From the NCBI GenBank assembly GCA_965204345.1, contig OZ241981.1, positions 1,632,001-1,696,000 of the forward strand: a DNA stretch of 64,000 nucleotides. Direction: 5' to 3'. Position numbers and translations under genes: made by a program. Below the pieces are notes generated by a model that was given only the letters and a program-made list of their open reading frames with translations, was not told the DNA's origin and made no database searches. The DNA is from Nitrosopumilus sp. Lineage in GTDB: Archaea; Thermoproteota; Nitrososphaeria; Nitrososphaerales; Nitrosopumilaceae. Shown piece after piece: positions 48,258 through 58,649 of the stretch. Numbering within the stretch: the stretch's first letter is position 1; the number at the start of each line of letters is the position of its first letter.

Positions 48258-48976
48258 AAGTTTGTAAATATACATTGAATCTATCATAATTGCCGCTTTA
48301 TTGGACAACGTATGATAAATTTCATTTCTTGACAGCAATTAAGATGTTATATTAAAGAGAACTTTGGGTGTTGACCTATATGTGATCTAATCGACTATGT
48401 CACAAGTCCTTGATCTTTTGCCAAACAAACATACAAGCCAGATACACGGTAAAGATTTGATAATATCATCTTATTTGCAAGTCTGATTTCTTTTCTGGGC
48501 TTTTCATTTTGAAGGCAAATCCAAATGACCAAACACTAGATCTGATGAACGAAAGTACAGTAATCATTAGTTTCTTTGTGTGTTTTACTCTATTTATTTA
48601 TCAAAATCAGTAATTTTATTCCTAAACTCCGTCGCTTTGATTCTTTCCTAGTTTATACACTACACCAAACTCGAAATATTTTAGAATCTTTCATTTCAGA
48701 TTCCTAAAGATGTAACAGTGTATCTTGTAATACAGTCTTTACCTGACAGTGTCTGTGCATATCTCTGGTCTATTTTGGAATCTGATATGGAATCAAATTT
48801 GGATGAGGTATCTTTTATGACAGTTATCTTGTTTTGGTCAATGATCATGCATCTGCCTGGTGCAAACTTTTCAGCCATGTAAGATAAACTGCCACAAATA
48901 CAATTTAATGGATTTGGTATGTTTTGGTTATCTGATAACTGGAATTTGACAATTTATTGCCAAATACAACTACGGT

Positions 48977-50541
48977 TTACGGATCAGATATCCTTCCCAT
49001 AAACAAAATCGTACCGCTCTCATCATCTTGAATTATAAACAAAAACGGATGATCTGCAATAAATTGTGGAGGTGGAGGTGGTACACTTGTCATCGTCCCA
49101 ATGATACTTGTTACAGCAGCCGCTTCGGTTCCTTCCTCATTTACGTCTATAAACGTGTCCTGTGTTGCAGCACTCACGAATAGATTTCTTAGAGAAATAT
49201 CTGCAATTCCTCCAAGATCGGCCTTTTGTGAACTAAATGCATCTAACATTCCAAGACTCATTAGTGGCCCATTAAGAAAATATTTTTCAGTTATTTGGAA
49301 TTTTGGCATTGATACTTGAACTTGTTGTTTATGCAAGTTCTGCGTCCATTGTTTAATCTGTTCATGAGACATAGAGTCCTCAATCTGTTTTAGGCCATCT
49401 ATATCATCTGGCAAAATTACCAACATAGATATCATGTCGCCTTCGTATGACATTTTTAGTATCTGAGCATCATCTGATTTTGTATAGTTGAATACGCCTA
49501 GCATTCTCATAAAATCTGTATCTACAGAATCCTCGCTATTCTTCCAAAAGGTGGACTTTACGGTGTTCTCCTCAGGAAACTGTGTTGCCCATGTACCCTT
49601 AAAGTATATGGCGTTGTTGATTACCATTTTAGTAAGTTCGTTTACACTAGAAATATCAATTACTTCGTCAATCTTGCCGTTTGTGTTATCTGAGGCCCAC
49701 TGGTTATCTTTTTTACACCGTCACCTGGATCCAAAAAGTTTACCTTTTCTGCGGTGGAATGATATGTCTCTCGTGCCACAGAGGTATAGGAATCATATGG
49801 TTTAAACCAGTCTGCAATCCAAAGTGCGTTTGCCGTATTCAGTTCTATGTGCGGATCATCTCGGTTTATCGATGATATAAAATGTGACACAGAGTTGTGG
49901 CGTGCATCTCTGTCTGGTTCAAATCCAAAGACATCCTGCATTTCTTGTGCTGTGCTTTCTCTGGCACCCTCATACAATATTGAAAATGCCAGATACATGC
50001 TGACAGGTGAAAAGAATATGTTTTTAGGAGTGCCTGATATCTGCCTGTAAAAATCAATTGCAAACTTGTTGTTTGTAGCTGCAATACTGGTATCATCAGT
50101 TGCCTGCATCATTGTGGTACCAGTACCAGCATCATCAGTTGCCTGCATCATTGTGGTACCAGTACCAGTATCATCAGTTGCCTGCATCATTGTGGTGGAA
50201 CCATCATTCATAGCAACGGCATCATCGTCTGTTGAGGTGTTGTCGTTGTTGTTTGATATTGTTACGTTTTTGACATCATCTTTTTGAGATGTTTCTGGTG
50301 GGCATACCGTGGCATAGTCCCTATCTGCTAATTGCATGGCAGAATTACTAGTTACACAAACTGGCTTGTCTGCAGAAGTCACCATCAGAAGCTTGCCATC
50401 ATTGCACTGAATCATATCTATTGGTATGCCTGATTGGTATTGTTCCAATGGCGAGTCAGAGGATACAGCATATGCTGGCATCACCGCCACTATCATCATC
50501 GTCAATACGGTAACCAAAACCAAAAAATCCCGACATTGCAA
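48977..50541 (-). pseudogene. Secreted serpin (inhibitor family I4) split by a 1-nt frameshift near 49705
   Basis: 5' ORF: signal peptide, NNKFAIDFY, NIFFSPVS. 3' ORF: NAIYFKGTW, EEGTEAAA hinge, FIADHPFLF, LFMGR. The -1 frame bridges them (NQWASDNTNGKID). Confidence 0.85.
50090..50196 (-). repeat. 39-bp tandem repeat (~3 copies) encoding TTMMQATDD(T/A)GTG
   Basis: ATCATCAGTTGCCTGCATCATTGTGGT recurs with period 39. Confidence 0.92.
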
Positions 50542-50609
50542 TTCCAGACATTGGATAACATGGATATGCCTTGTTATTAAAAATTATCAGCAGAGGTTCT
50601 GTCAAGTGT

Positions 50610-50775
50610 GGGGTTCTGGCAAATTCCGGTGTTCATGCCATAAATCATAGATTCAGGAATCTGTGGACTGTACTTTGAGATTTTTTGATGACTGGGTAAT
50701 TTTTTTAAGAAAATCATCTCTTGCAATTCGCTTTTAAATTCCAGTGATCAGATCATCAAAACTTGCCAGAATCCC
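50610..50775. mobile_element. MITE-like non-autonomous element, copy 2
   Basis: Terminal IRs GGGGTTCTGGCAAATT / AACTTGCCAGAATCCC (14 of 16 complementary); collinear with 5435-5606. Confidence 0.78.
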
Positions 50776-50816
50776 TTTAGATATAGATTTTATACTGATT
50801 AATTCACATCAAGTTA

Positions 50817-51875
50817 TTGCACGATATTTTGGGGCCTTCTGAAATTTCATCATCTGAATGGCTGTCTCTAAATCAATTTCTCTACGAACTAAAGCAAGTC
50901 AATTCAACCTGTGTATCTGTCTATTACCCTTATGGAAAAGGCTCTGATGTTGTTTCTCTCTTGCAGGAAAGCAAAAGAGATGACGCCATTGAAAAAATAG
51001 AATTAAAAATTCAAAAAAGAATCCTTAAACTCAGAAAAAATCCCACGTCTGTCGGGCAATTTACTAGAACCTTGTGTATTTTCGGTTGGATGAACAATGG
51101 GAAAATTGTTCTCAAGGAGATTGGCACGTCAAAAAAACTTCCTTACATTTACATGAAAAGTAAAAAGCCATACATCAAGCCGTTTCGTGATGTGCTCAAG
51201 ACCAACTATGATGTGTTGGTAGTCACACTTGATCAAAAATCTGCAAAGATACAGAAGTTTCATGGAAGTCAAATATTACAAGAGACAAAACTCAAAATTG
51301 ATTTACAGGGAAGGCACAAAAAAGGAGGACAAAGCCAGGGTAGGTTTTTGAGGGCAAGGCAGACCAAAATTCATGTCTTCTTTAAAAAAATTGCAAACAA
51401 AGTCAGGGCTATGGATTCAAACTGTGAACTAATATTGCTGGGTGGGATTGGTCCTGCAAAAACAGAATTTTATGACGAGCTGAATTCAGAACTTGTAAAA
51501 AAATGCCGATTTGTAGAAAATCTGTCATTTTCAACCCCCATAAACAAAATACATGAAAAAATTATCCATCATTTGTATGAACACCGGAGAAAATATGTGA
51601 TAGAACTGATTGAAAAATATGAAAAACTGTTCAAGGACGGATTGACTGCAAGAAGGAATTCCGTAATTTACAAGGCCTTAGAAATTGGCGCCGTAGATAC
51701 GCTGATTGTTTCTGTAAACTATCATACAAATTCTCAATTTAAGACTATCATGAAAATGCTTGAATTGGCCAAAAACACATCATCTAAGATTGAGTTTGCT
51801 ATCTCTCCTAAGATAATTAAAAAGTTAGATATTGATAATGCTGTTTTGGCTATACTTCGATACAGGATAAAATAA
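50817..51875 (+). CDS. eRF1/aRF1-like release factor paralog
   Basis: HKKGGQSQGRF, ILLGG.GPAKTEF, ALEIGAVDTLIV, AILRY; no NIKS motif. Confidence 0.8.
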   Translation: MHDILGPSEISSSEWLSLNQFLYELKQVNSTCVSVYYPYGKGSDVVSLLQESKRDDAIEKIELKIQKRILKLRKNPTSVGQFTRTLCIFGWMNNGKIVLKEIGTSKKLPYIYMKSKKPYIKPFRDVLKTNYDVLVVTLDQKSAKIQKFHGSQILQETKLKIDLQGRHKKGGQSQGRFLRARQTKIHVFFKKIANKVRAMDSNCELILLGGIGPAKTEFYDELNSELVKKCRFVENLSFSTPINKIHEKIIHHLYEHRRKYVIELIEKYEKLFKDGLTARRNSVIYKALEIGAVDTLIVSVNYHTNSQFKTIMKMLELAKNTSSKIEFAISPKIIKKLDIDNAVLAILRYRIK

Positions 51876-51895
51876 TTCTGCATTTAGGAGCTCTG

Positions 51896-53206
51896 CTATT
51901 GTATTTTTTCTACAATGTCTGTGAACTTCCACGTACCGCACATTGCATCCTTGCTTTCATTTTCCAACAGTCCTGATTTGTCTAGGTGATTTACAATATG
52001 CACTGCAAATGGGAGCGCCCCTGTGGCTCCTGGGGAATTGTAATTTAAAACATGAAATGACCCCTCATCATCATCTATTAGCATCACATCTGGTACAAAT
52101 TTTCCGTCTTCGGCAATAACTACTGATCGTATGCCTGCTGTTCCCTTTCTTGTAATTTTATCTGCATCGATTTTGGGCAAGAATTTTCTTACCCTGTTGA
52201 TCATGGCAGTTTTTGATATGGATGACTGGATTTCATTTATTGCCAATTCCTGAAACTGTCTGTCAAAAATTGCTTTTCTTGCACCAGAGCCCAGCATCTC
52301 TAAGGTTTTTGGAATGAATTCCTTGATGTTTTCTGACGTGCTATATCCATATGGGCTGAATACTGGAACCGCATTGGGTCCAATCTCGCAGCTGCTATCA
52401 GCTCTGATAATCCAGTGCGGATCCAAAAATGGATATTCTGGATGCTCTGGAACTGAATACACGCTTGATTTTGTAAGATTGTGGTACTCTGTTGGAACTT
52501 TCCAATACTCTCCTCTGAAATGCACATCTGTAAATTCCTCTGCAATGCCTAGTTCATGTGCAATATCTACGGCCTCTCCACCTGCCGTATTAATCAAAAA
52601 TTTTGCATGAATTTCATACTCGTGATTTAGTGTGATTATCCACCTGCCACTTTCTTTTTTTATTCCAGTTACCCTTGTATCCAGCAAAAATTTTGTACCG
52701 TTCTCTTTGCTATCCCTCATTAGCGCATTTGTAAATATTGCATAATCCGTTGAAGCATCCCTGTAAACACACAGTGCCGATTGACATTTTATTTCGGGCT
52801 CTATTTCTGCTACCTCCTCCTTATTCATCAGTCTGATGTCCTTGTCTTCAAGGCCGTTTTGTCTTCCCCATTTTAGATATTTTTCAAGCGTATTGCTGCC
52901 GTTTTCATCTAGTGCCACCTCGATTACTCCGTCTTTTTTGAACGGTATGTTTTTTATTTTTGCGTATTCCTCCCACATTTCATATCCGTGAAAAGCTGAT
53001 TTTGCAAATAGTTTTTTCTTTTTGGGATTGTACAAGTATGGCGCATGGACTTTTCCGGTATTTCTTCCACTGGTATGAAATGCAACACTATGAGCCTGTT
53101 CTATAACCGCTATTTTTTTTGATTTGTTTAGAAACGATAGAAAATATGATATCGATGTTCCAAGAATGCCCCCACCGATAATCACCATGTCAAAATCCTG
53201 TACCAA
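51896..53206 (-). CDS. FAD-dependent oxidoreductase, L-2-hydroxyglutarate oxidase-like
   Basis: GGGILG, HTSGRNTG.VH, FRGEY, GPNA, AGIR, SPGAT. Confidence 0.85.
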   Translation of the reverse strand: MVQDFDMVIIGGGILGTSISYFLSFLNKSKKIAVIEQAHSVAFHTSGRNTGKVHAPYLYNPKKKKLFAKSAFHGYEMWEEYAKIKNIPFKKDGVIEVALDENGSNTLEKYLKWGRQNGLEDKDIRLMNKEEVAEIEPEIKCQSALCVYRDASTDYAIFTNALMRDSKENGTKFLLDTRVTGIKKESGRWIITLNHEYEIHAKFLINTAGGEAVDIAHELGIAEEFTDVHFRGEYWKVPTEYHNLTKSSVYSVPEHPEYPFLDPHWIIRADSSCEIGPNAVPVFSPYGYSTSENIKEFIPKTLEMLGSGARKAIFDRQFQELAINEIQSSISKTAMINRVRKFLPKIDADKITRKGTAGIRSVVIAEDGKFVPDVMLIDDDEGSFHVLNYNSPGATGALPFAVHIVNHLDKSGLLENESKDAMCGTWKFTDIVEKIQ

Positions 53207-53293
53207 TAGCTCTCAATTTTATTTTGTCCTAGTTGATAATAAATTCAACATGCAACAATCAAGATTAATATCTGATAAAATTTTGATTTAGGT

Positions 53294-53578
53294 ATGCTGC
53301 CTGACAGGTGTTCAGTAATGGAAGAAGGCAAACCTTGTGTAAATCCCCCCGAATTTATTGTATCTGTTATCGCGGGATCTGATGAGTACATGGTCGGATT
53401 AACTTGCCAAAAGCACAAACAAATTGTTTCTGGCAAAGTTGGAATCTTGCAAAATGAAGGCAAGATGCACGATGGCAAAATTAACTTCCTTCCTGTAAAG
53501 GCAGTAGGAACTGACTGCATTCATGGCGATGCTGATGATGATTTTGTCCAAATTGATATGAACAGTTCAAAAAATTAA
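53294..53578 (+). CDS. Hypothetical Cys-containing protein
   Basis: 94-aa ORF with several Cys/His (CSV, C.NPP, CQKH, CIH). Confidence 0.7.
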   Translation: MLPDRCSVMEEGKPCVNPPEFIVSVIAGSDEYMVGLTCQKHKQIVSGKVGILQNEGKMHDGKINFLPVKAVGTDCIHGDADDDFVQIDMNSSKN

Positions 53579-54007
53579 AGCAGCTTACTTGTCATTGCAT
53601 AGATTGACTATCTGATTTAGTTCAAACTGATAATGTCTTGCTTGTCGTAAAAAAATAACTGTGCAACAAGCAAGTTTGTTGCCTTGATGAAATTCAATGA
53701 ATAGACCCTGCACCATTTTTTTTATAAAGATGCATGATTAAGCAATTAATTTTTGAAAGAAAAAAAACGTGTATGATCATCTAGCCAAAAGTTTGCTTTA
53801 AAATTGAATTTTAAAAAAAACCTTGCCTGAAAAAGACAAGGAGAAAAAATATTATTCCTCAGATTCTTTCTTCTTCTCTTTTTCAGATTGTAGTTTAGCT
53901 AATTCTAATTCTTTATTTGTATGCTTGAATTTTTTCAATCTGACTTATAGATAACATTTAGATATAAAAACTCAACATTATGTTGATCTGTATCTCATGC
54001 GTGAAAA

Positions 54008-54976
54008 TCAGTATCCTACCGAATAAGTTGGGCTTTTTCCACTTATTCCAAGTTTCAAGTTTTTCACCACAATTTCTGCCATTTTGATTCTTGTCTCTTT
54101 TGTCGAGCTTCCAATGTGTGGCGCTAGTACCGTGTTTGAAAGTTTTGTTAGTGGGTGATTCTTTTTGATTGGCTCTGTTTCAAATACGTCCAAACCTGCA
54201 CCTGAAATCAATTTTTTCCTTAGTGCTGTTTCAAGATCCTTTTCATTAATTATTCTGCCTCTTGACGTGTTTATCAGAAACGAAGAGTCCTTCATCTTCT
54301 TGAAAACTTTCATGTCAAACATCTTGTCTGTCTCTTTTGTATGTGGCACATGGATTGAAATAAAGTCACTTTCCGTGATTAGTTTTTCAAACGACACGTA
54401 TCTTGCACCAAGTCTTCTCTCTCTGTCTTTTGAAACACGTCTTCTGTTGTGGTATGTTATTTTCATCTCAAATGCCTTTGCTCTTTTTGCAAGCGTGCTG
54501 CCGATTCTGCCTAAACCCAATATGCCCAGTGTTTTATTTTGCAAACCTGCTCCAACATAATCAAATGCCCCATAGATCTCCTTCCATTTTCCGTTGCGAA
54601 TAATTCTGTCTCCTTCTGAAACCCTCCTTGAAATATCCAATAGCAGTGAGAATGCCATGTCAGCTGTTGCATCCGTTAATACTTTTGGCGTATACCCGAT
54701 TCTGATCTTCTTTTCTTTGGCATACTCTGTATCTATATGATCAAAGCCGACACTGTATGTACTAATGACTCTGAGATTTTTTGCGTAATCCATTGTCTCT
54801 TTATTGATTCTGTCATATGGAAAGCAAATCAATCCGTCAATTTCTTTTATTTTTGATCGCAGTTTTGTTTGCGGAATTGGAATTTTTCCATCGTATACTT
54901 CAATATCGTACGTCTTTTTTAATTCTTTTAGTGCAAAATCGTGCAGCCTTCTTGTAAGGAAAACTTTCTTTTTCAT
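54008..54976 (-). CDS. D-2-hydroxyacid dehydrogenase (glyoxylate reductase-like)
   Basis: GLGRIG, LINTSRG, LDVFETEP, PHIGS. Confidence 0.92.
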   Translation of the reverse strand: MKKKVFLTRRLHDFALKELKKTYDIEVYDGKIPIPQTKLRSKIKEIDGLICFPYDRINKETMDYAKNLRVISTYSVGFDHIDTEYAKEKKIRIGYTPKVLTDATADMAFSLLLDISRRVSEGDRIIRNGKWKEIYGAFDYVGAGLQNKTLGILGLGRIGSTLAKRAKAFEMKITYHNRRRVSKDRERRLGARYVSFEKLITESDFISIHVPHTKETDKMFDMKVFKKMKDSSFLINTSRGRIINEKDLETALRKKLISGAGLDVFETEPIKKNHPLTKLSNTVLAPHIGSSTKETRIKMAEIVVKNLKLGISGKSPTYSVGY

Positions 54977-55028
54977 CAGTCTTGAGGTTTATCTCAAACC
55001 ATTTATACGATTTCTTTGTAGTTTCTTT

Positions 55029-55169
55029 ATGTCTTCTGAGGTTGAAGAGGAATTTGCCATCTGTGTAGAATGTGGAAATTCGATTGAAAAGTGCGTATGT
55101 GTATGTCCTTATTGTGGCGAACGTGATAAATGTGAATGTGCCTTATTTGATGCGGCAACAGGCGGATAA
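55029..55169 (+). CDS. Small Cys-rich metal-binding protein (46 aa)
   Basis: MSSEVEEEFAICVECGNSIEKCVCVCPYCGERDKCECALFDAATGG, 8 Cys; TTTATA box upstream. Confidence 0.7.
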   Translation: MSSEVEEEFAICVECGNSIEKCVCVCPYCGERDKCECALFDAATGG

Positions 55170-55216
55170 AACATGCATCACATTCATATCAAAATTCAAA
55201 AAGTGAGTGAGAACCT

Positions 55217-57127
55217 GTGATTCCCGTGGATTTTACTTGGTTGATTGGAGGGCCTCAGGGCAGTGGGGTAGAATCTGGCGCAAACATATTCTCAAAAGTC
55301 TGTGCCGAGATGGGATACCATGTATTTGGCAAGAGGGAGTTTTATTCTAATATCAAGGGCGAACACAGTTATTTTACAGTAAGAATTACTGATAAAAAAA
55401 TCAATTCAAATGTAAATGGCGTTGATCTGATGGCCTCCTTTGATGCTGAAACTATTTTTCGTCATTTTGATGAAGTCATATCCGGCGGCGGCATCATTTA
55501 TGACTCTGACTTGGAAGATACAAAAACAGATTCTGTACACACTCTTGATGCCCCCTTCAAAGAAAGATTGCATGCAAAGCTAACCTCCAAAAACAAGCCG
55601 TTTACCATTGCAGGTGTCCTAGAAATTGCAAAAGAAAACGGGGCCGTATTGTTTCCCGTATCCTTTAGGTCCTTGCTTGAGACTCTTTCTGAGGAAACTG
55701 AAAATCCTCGCCTAAGGGGACTAGTAAGAATGTATAACGTAATTGGAGTGTCCCTGTCTTTGGGCCTAGTTAAGATGCCTCCTGATTCCTTGCAAAAGAC
55801 AATCGAGTCAATTTTTTCAAAAAAGCCTGCAATTGCAAAAATTAACCAAACTACTGCAAGCTATTCTTACAACTATGCTGCTGCAAAATTTGACAATTTT
55901 GACCATACGCTACCTGGAATTCAAAAGGAATCCCAAACCCTCTTGGTTCAGGGATTTCAAGGAACTGCATTAGGTAAAATGGCATGTGGATGCAGATTCC
56001 AGCCTTATTATCCGATTACTCCAGCATCTGACGAGTCTGTCTTTTTAGAATCAAATGAGCTCTTGGAAATAATTGATGACAGGCCTGGCTCTACTGCCGT
56101 AATTCAGACAGAGGATGAAATCTGTGCGATGGGCATGGCCATTGGAGGCGCGCTAACTGGAACCCGTTCTGCAACATGCACGTCTGGTCCAGGGTTTGCA
56201 CTGATGACTGAAATGCTGGGCTGGGCTGGGATAAACGAGGTTCCTGTTGTGATAACCAATTACCAAAGAAGTGGGCCATCCACCGGTCTTCCTACCCGCC
56301 ATGGGCAAGACGACCTGCTCTTCTCCGTATACGCAGGACATGGGGATTTTCCAAAAATTGTTTATGCCTCTGGGGACATTGAAGAGAGTTTCTATGATAC
56401 CGGCAACTGTTTTAACTATGCTGATATATTTCAGGTTCCTGTAATTCATCTGATGGACAAGTTTCATGCAAGCTCTGTAATTACATGCAAGCGATTTGAT
56501 CCACGAAAGATTTCTATCAATAGGGGCAAACTATTGAAGAAGATAGATGATGACTATAGACGGTTTGAATTTACCGATGATGGCATATCTCCCCGTTCTA
56601 GACTGGGTATTGACAATGGTATTTTCTGGAATACTGGCGATGAGTCTGATGAATCAGGCCATATTACAGAAGATCCAATCTTGCGTGTAAAAATGATGGA
56701 TAAGAGAATGTCCCGTCTTGATCTGATTCTAAAAGATATCTCCGATGATGAGCAGGCCAAATCCTTTGGCGTTTATGAGCATACTGTAATTTCATGGGGC
56801 TCGGCCAAAGGTCCCGTCCTTGATGCGCTAGAAATGCTCAAAAATGAAGGAATATCTGTTGGATTTATTCAGCTAAAGCTGATTCATCCCTTTCCTACTG
56901 ACTATGTGAACTTTTTGCTAAAAGATGCCAAGACAATTATTGATATTGAGGCCAATCATTCAGGACAGTTAGGGAAGTTGTTCAAACAAAATACTGGACG
57001 CGATGTTGATTACTTTATTTTAAAATATAATGGCAGGGCAATGACATCCACTGAGGTCTATGATTCACTCAAAAAAATCATTCAAAACAAAGCAAACAAA
57101 CGGGAGGTTTTAATGCATGGCGCTTAA
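55217..57127 (+). CDS. 2-oxoacid:ferredoxin oxidoreductase alpha subunit (gamma-alpha fusion)
   Basis: [32 protein letters not shown]. Confidence 0.93.
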   Translation: MIPVDFTWLIGGPQGSGVESGANIFSKVCAEMGYHVFGKREFYSNIKGEHSYFTVRITDKKINSNVNGVDLMASFDAETIFRHFDEVISGGGIIYDSDLEDTKTDSVHTLDAPFKERLHAKLTSKNKPFTIAGVLEIAKENGAVLFPVSFRSLLETLSEETENPRLRGLVRMYNVIGVSLSLGLVKMPPDSLQKTIESIFSKKPAIAKINQTTASYSYNYAAAKFDNFDHTLPGIQKESQTLLVQGFQGTALGKMACGCRFQPYYPITPASDESVFLESNELLEIIDDRPGSTAVIQTEDEICAMGMAIGGALTGTRSATCTSGPGFALMTEMLGWAGINEVPVVITNYQRSGPSTGLPTRHGQDDLLFSVYAGHGDFPKIVYASGDIEESFYDTGNCFNYADIFQVPVIHLMDKFHASSVITCKRFDPRKISINRGKLLKKIDDDYRRFEFTDDGISPRSRLGIDNGIFWNTGDESDESGHITEDPILRVKMMDKRMSRLDLILKDISDDEQAKSFGVYEHTVISWGSAKGPVLDALEMLKNEGISVGFIQLKLIHPFPTDYVNFLLKDAKTIIDIEANHSGQLGKLFKQNTGRDVDYFILKYNGRAMTSTEVYDSLKKIIQNKANKREVLMHGA

Positions 57128-58079
57128 GCTGGCTGATTTTAAGACCAGTGTCCATAATGATTGGTGCCCCGGATGCGGGGATTTTGGGATTGTCAATGCA
57201 ATCCAGATGGCTTTAGCTGAGATGGGCATAGAGCGAGACAAGGCCGCGATGTTTTCTGGAATTGGATGCTCTGGCAAGACTTCTCATTATATCAACACAT
57301 ATGGCGTTCATACTCTGCATGGCAGAGTTTTGACTTTTGCCCAGGGGGCAAAAATTGCAAATCCTGAACTCACTGTAGTTGCAGTGGGCGGCGATGGTGA
57401 CGGTTTGGGCATTGGTGCCGGTCATTTTGTAGCTGCTGGCAGACGTAATGTGGATATGACTTACATTATTTTTGATAATGGCGTCTACGGTCTGACAAAA
57501 GGACAGGCCTCCCCCACCTTGAAGTTGGGAGAAAAAACAAAATCACTGCCTTCTCCAAATACAAATTCTAATGTCAATCCCATTGGGTTGGCAGTCGCAA
57601 GTGGCTTTACGTTTGTAGCCCGTGGATACTCTTATGACGTGAGACATCTCAAAGATCTGATAGTTCAGGCAGTTAACCACAAGGGTCTTTCGTTTCTTGA
57701 TGTTTTACAACCCTGCCCGACTTACAATGATCTTAATACCAGAGACTGGTATGCCGGGACTGATCTAGTTGATGAAGCACAAAAAAGGCATTCAAGAATT
57801 TACAAACTTGAGGATCATGGATATGAGCCCATGGTCCACTATGATTCAGAGGTTGAAATGAATGAAAAACTCTCTCAAGCTCTGATAAAGTCCCTTGAAT
57901 GGGGTAAGAAAATACCCACAGGCGTGTTTTACAAAAATGAGCTTGTTTCTCCTTACACCCAAAGACTAAAAGACAAAATCCCAAACTATTTGGAAAACTC
58001 TCCTGCAAAACAAAATATTTCAAAAAATGGCTATTCTAATACTGACATTTCAAAAATATTGGACTCCTTGGAGGTATAG
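57117..58079 (+). CDS. 2-oxoacid:ferredoxin oxidoreductase beta subunit
   Basis: WCPGCG, GDGD TPP motif, [17 protein letters not shown]. Confidence 0.94.
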   Translation: MALKLADFKTSVHNDWCPGCGDFGIVNAIQMALAEMGIERDKAAMFSGIGCSGKTSHYINTYGVHTLHGRVLTFAQGAKIANPELTVVAVGGDGDGLGIGAGHFVAAGRRNVDMTYIIFDNGVYGLTKGQASPTLKLGEKTKSLPSPNTNSNVNPIGLAVASGFTFVARGYSYDVRHLKDLIVQAVNHKGLSFLDVLQPCPTYNDLNTRDWYAGTDLVDEAQKRHSRIYKLEDHGYEPMVHYDSEVEMNEKLSQALIKSLEWGKKIPTGVFYKNELVSPYTQRLKDKIPNYLENSPAKQNISKNGYSNTDISKILDSLEV

Positions 58080-58254
58080 GATGTATTGTGAAATATCCGG
58101 TTCAGGTTACAATTTCAAATTTGTTTGTGTGTTATTTTGGAATTAGTTTATCACTGCTTTTATCGTCAACGTGATTGGAAGAATTGCTTCTACTGACCAA
58201 GCAGTTTTAGATGCTGTTTGGGAAAACGCGCCGCATTTGGCTTCAAATCCTGAG

Positions 58255-58647
58255 TTATTCTTCTGCTATTGGGATCTCTACAATGCCTGATTCTAGAATG
58301 TATGCTCTGAAATTTTTGTTAATTCCCGAATAAATTACCCATGCAACCGGGTTGCCTTGCATGAATTTCTTGTCTGTATCTGATGGAAATGCGTCTGAAT
58401 TGGGGTGTGAATGGAAGATCCCAATTACCTCTGTCCCCTTTTCCTCGGCAATACTGTATCCCTCCATCAGCTGCTCGTCTGAAATTGTAAAGTTAACGGG
58501 TGACTCTTTTATGTTCTCTGCCAAAAACAAATCCGAAACTCTGTCTTCTCTTCCAAACAACAACGCACATGCCTCATTAGGTTTTTGATTTTCTGAATAC
58601 TCTGCCAAAATTTTTTTATCTGATAGCGATAGTGTTATTTTTTGCAA
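58255..58647 (-). CDS. JAB1/MPN/Mov34 (JAMM) metalloprotease
   Basis: E.C.LL.G, HSHP...AFPSDTD. Confidence 0.9.
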   Translation of the reverse strand: MQKITLSLSDKKILAEYSENQKPNEACALLFGREDRVSDLFLAENIKESPVNFTISDEQLMEGYSIAEEKGTEVIGIFHSHPNSDAFPSDTDKKFMQGNPVAWVIYSGINKNFRAYILESGIVEIPIAEE

Positions 58648-58649
58648 AT

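Noticed and set aside
48300-48900. 60-aa ORF (48696-48878) and surrounding AT-rich sequence
   Set aside because: No recognisable motif; probably gene debris.
53860-53940. 26-aa Lys/Glu-rich minus-strand ORF (MKKFKHTNKELELAKLQSEKEKKKRI)
   Set aside because: Too short to support without conservation data.
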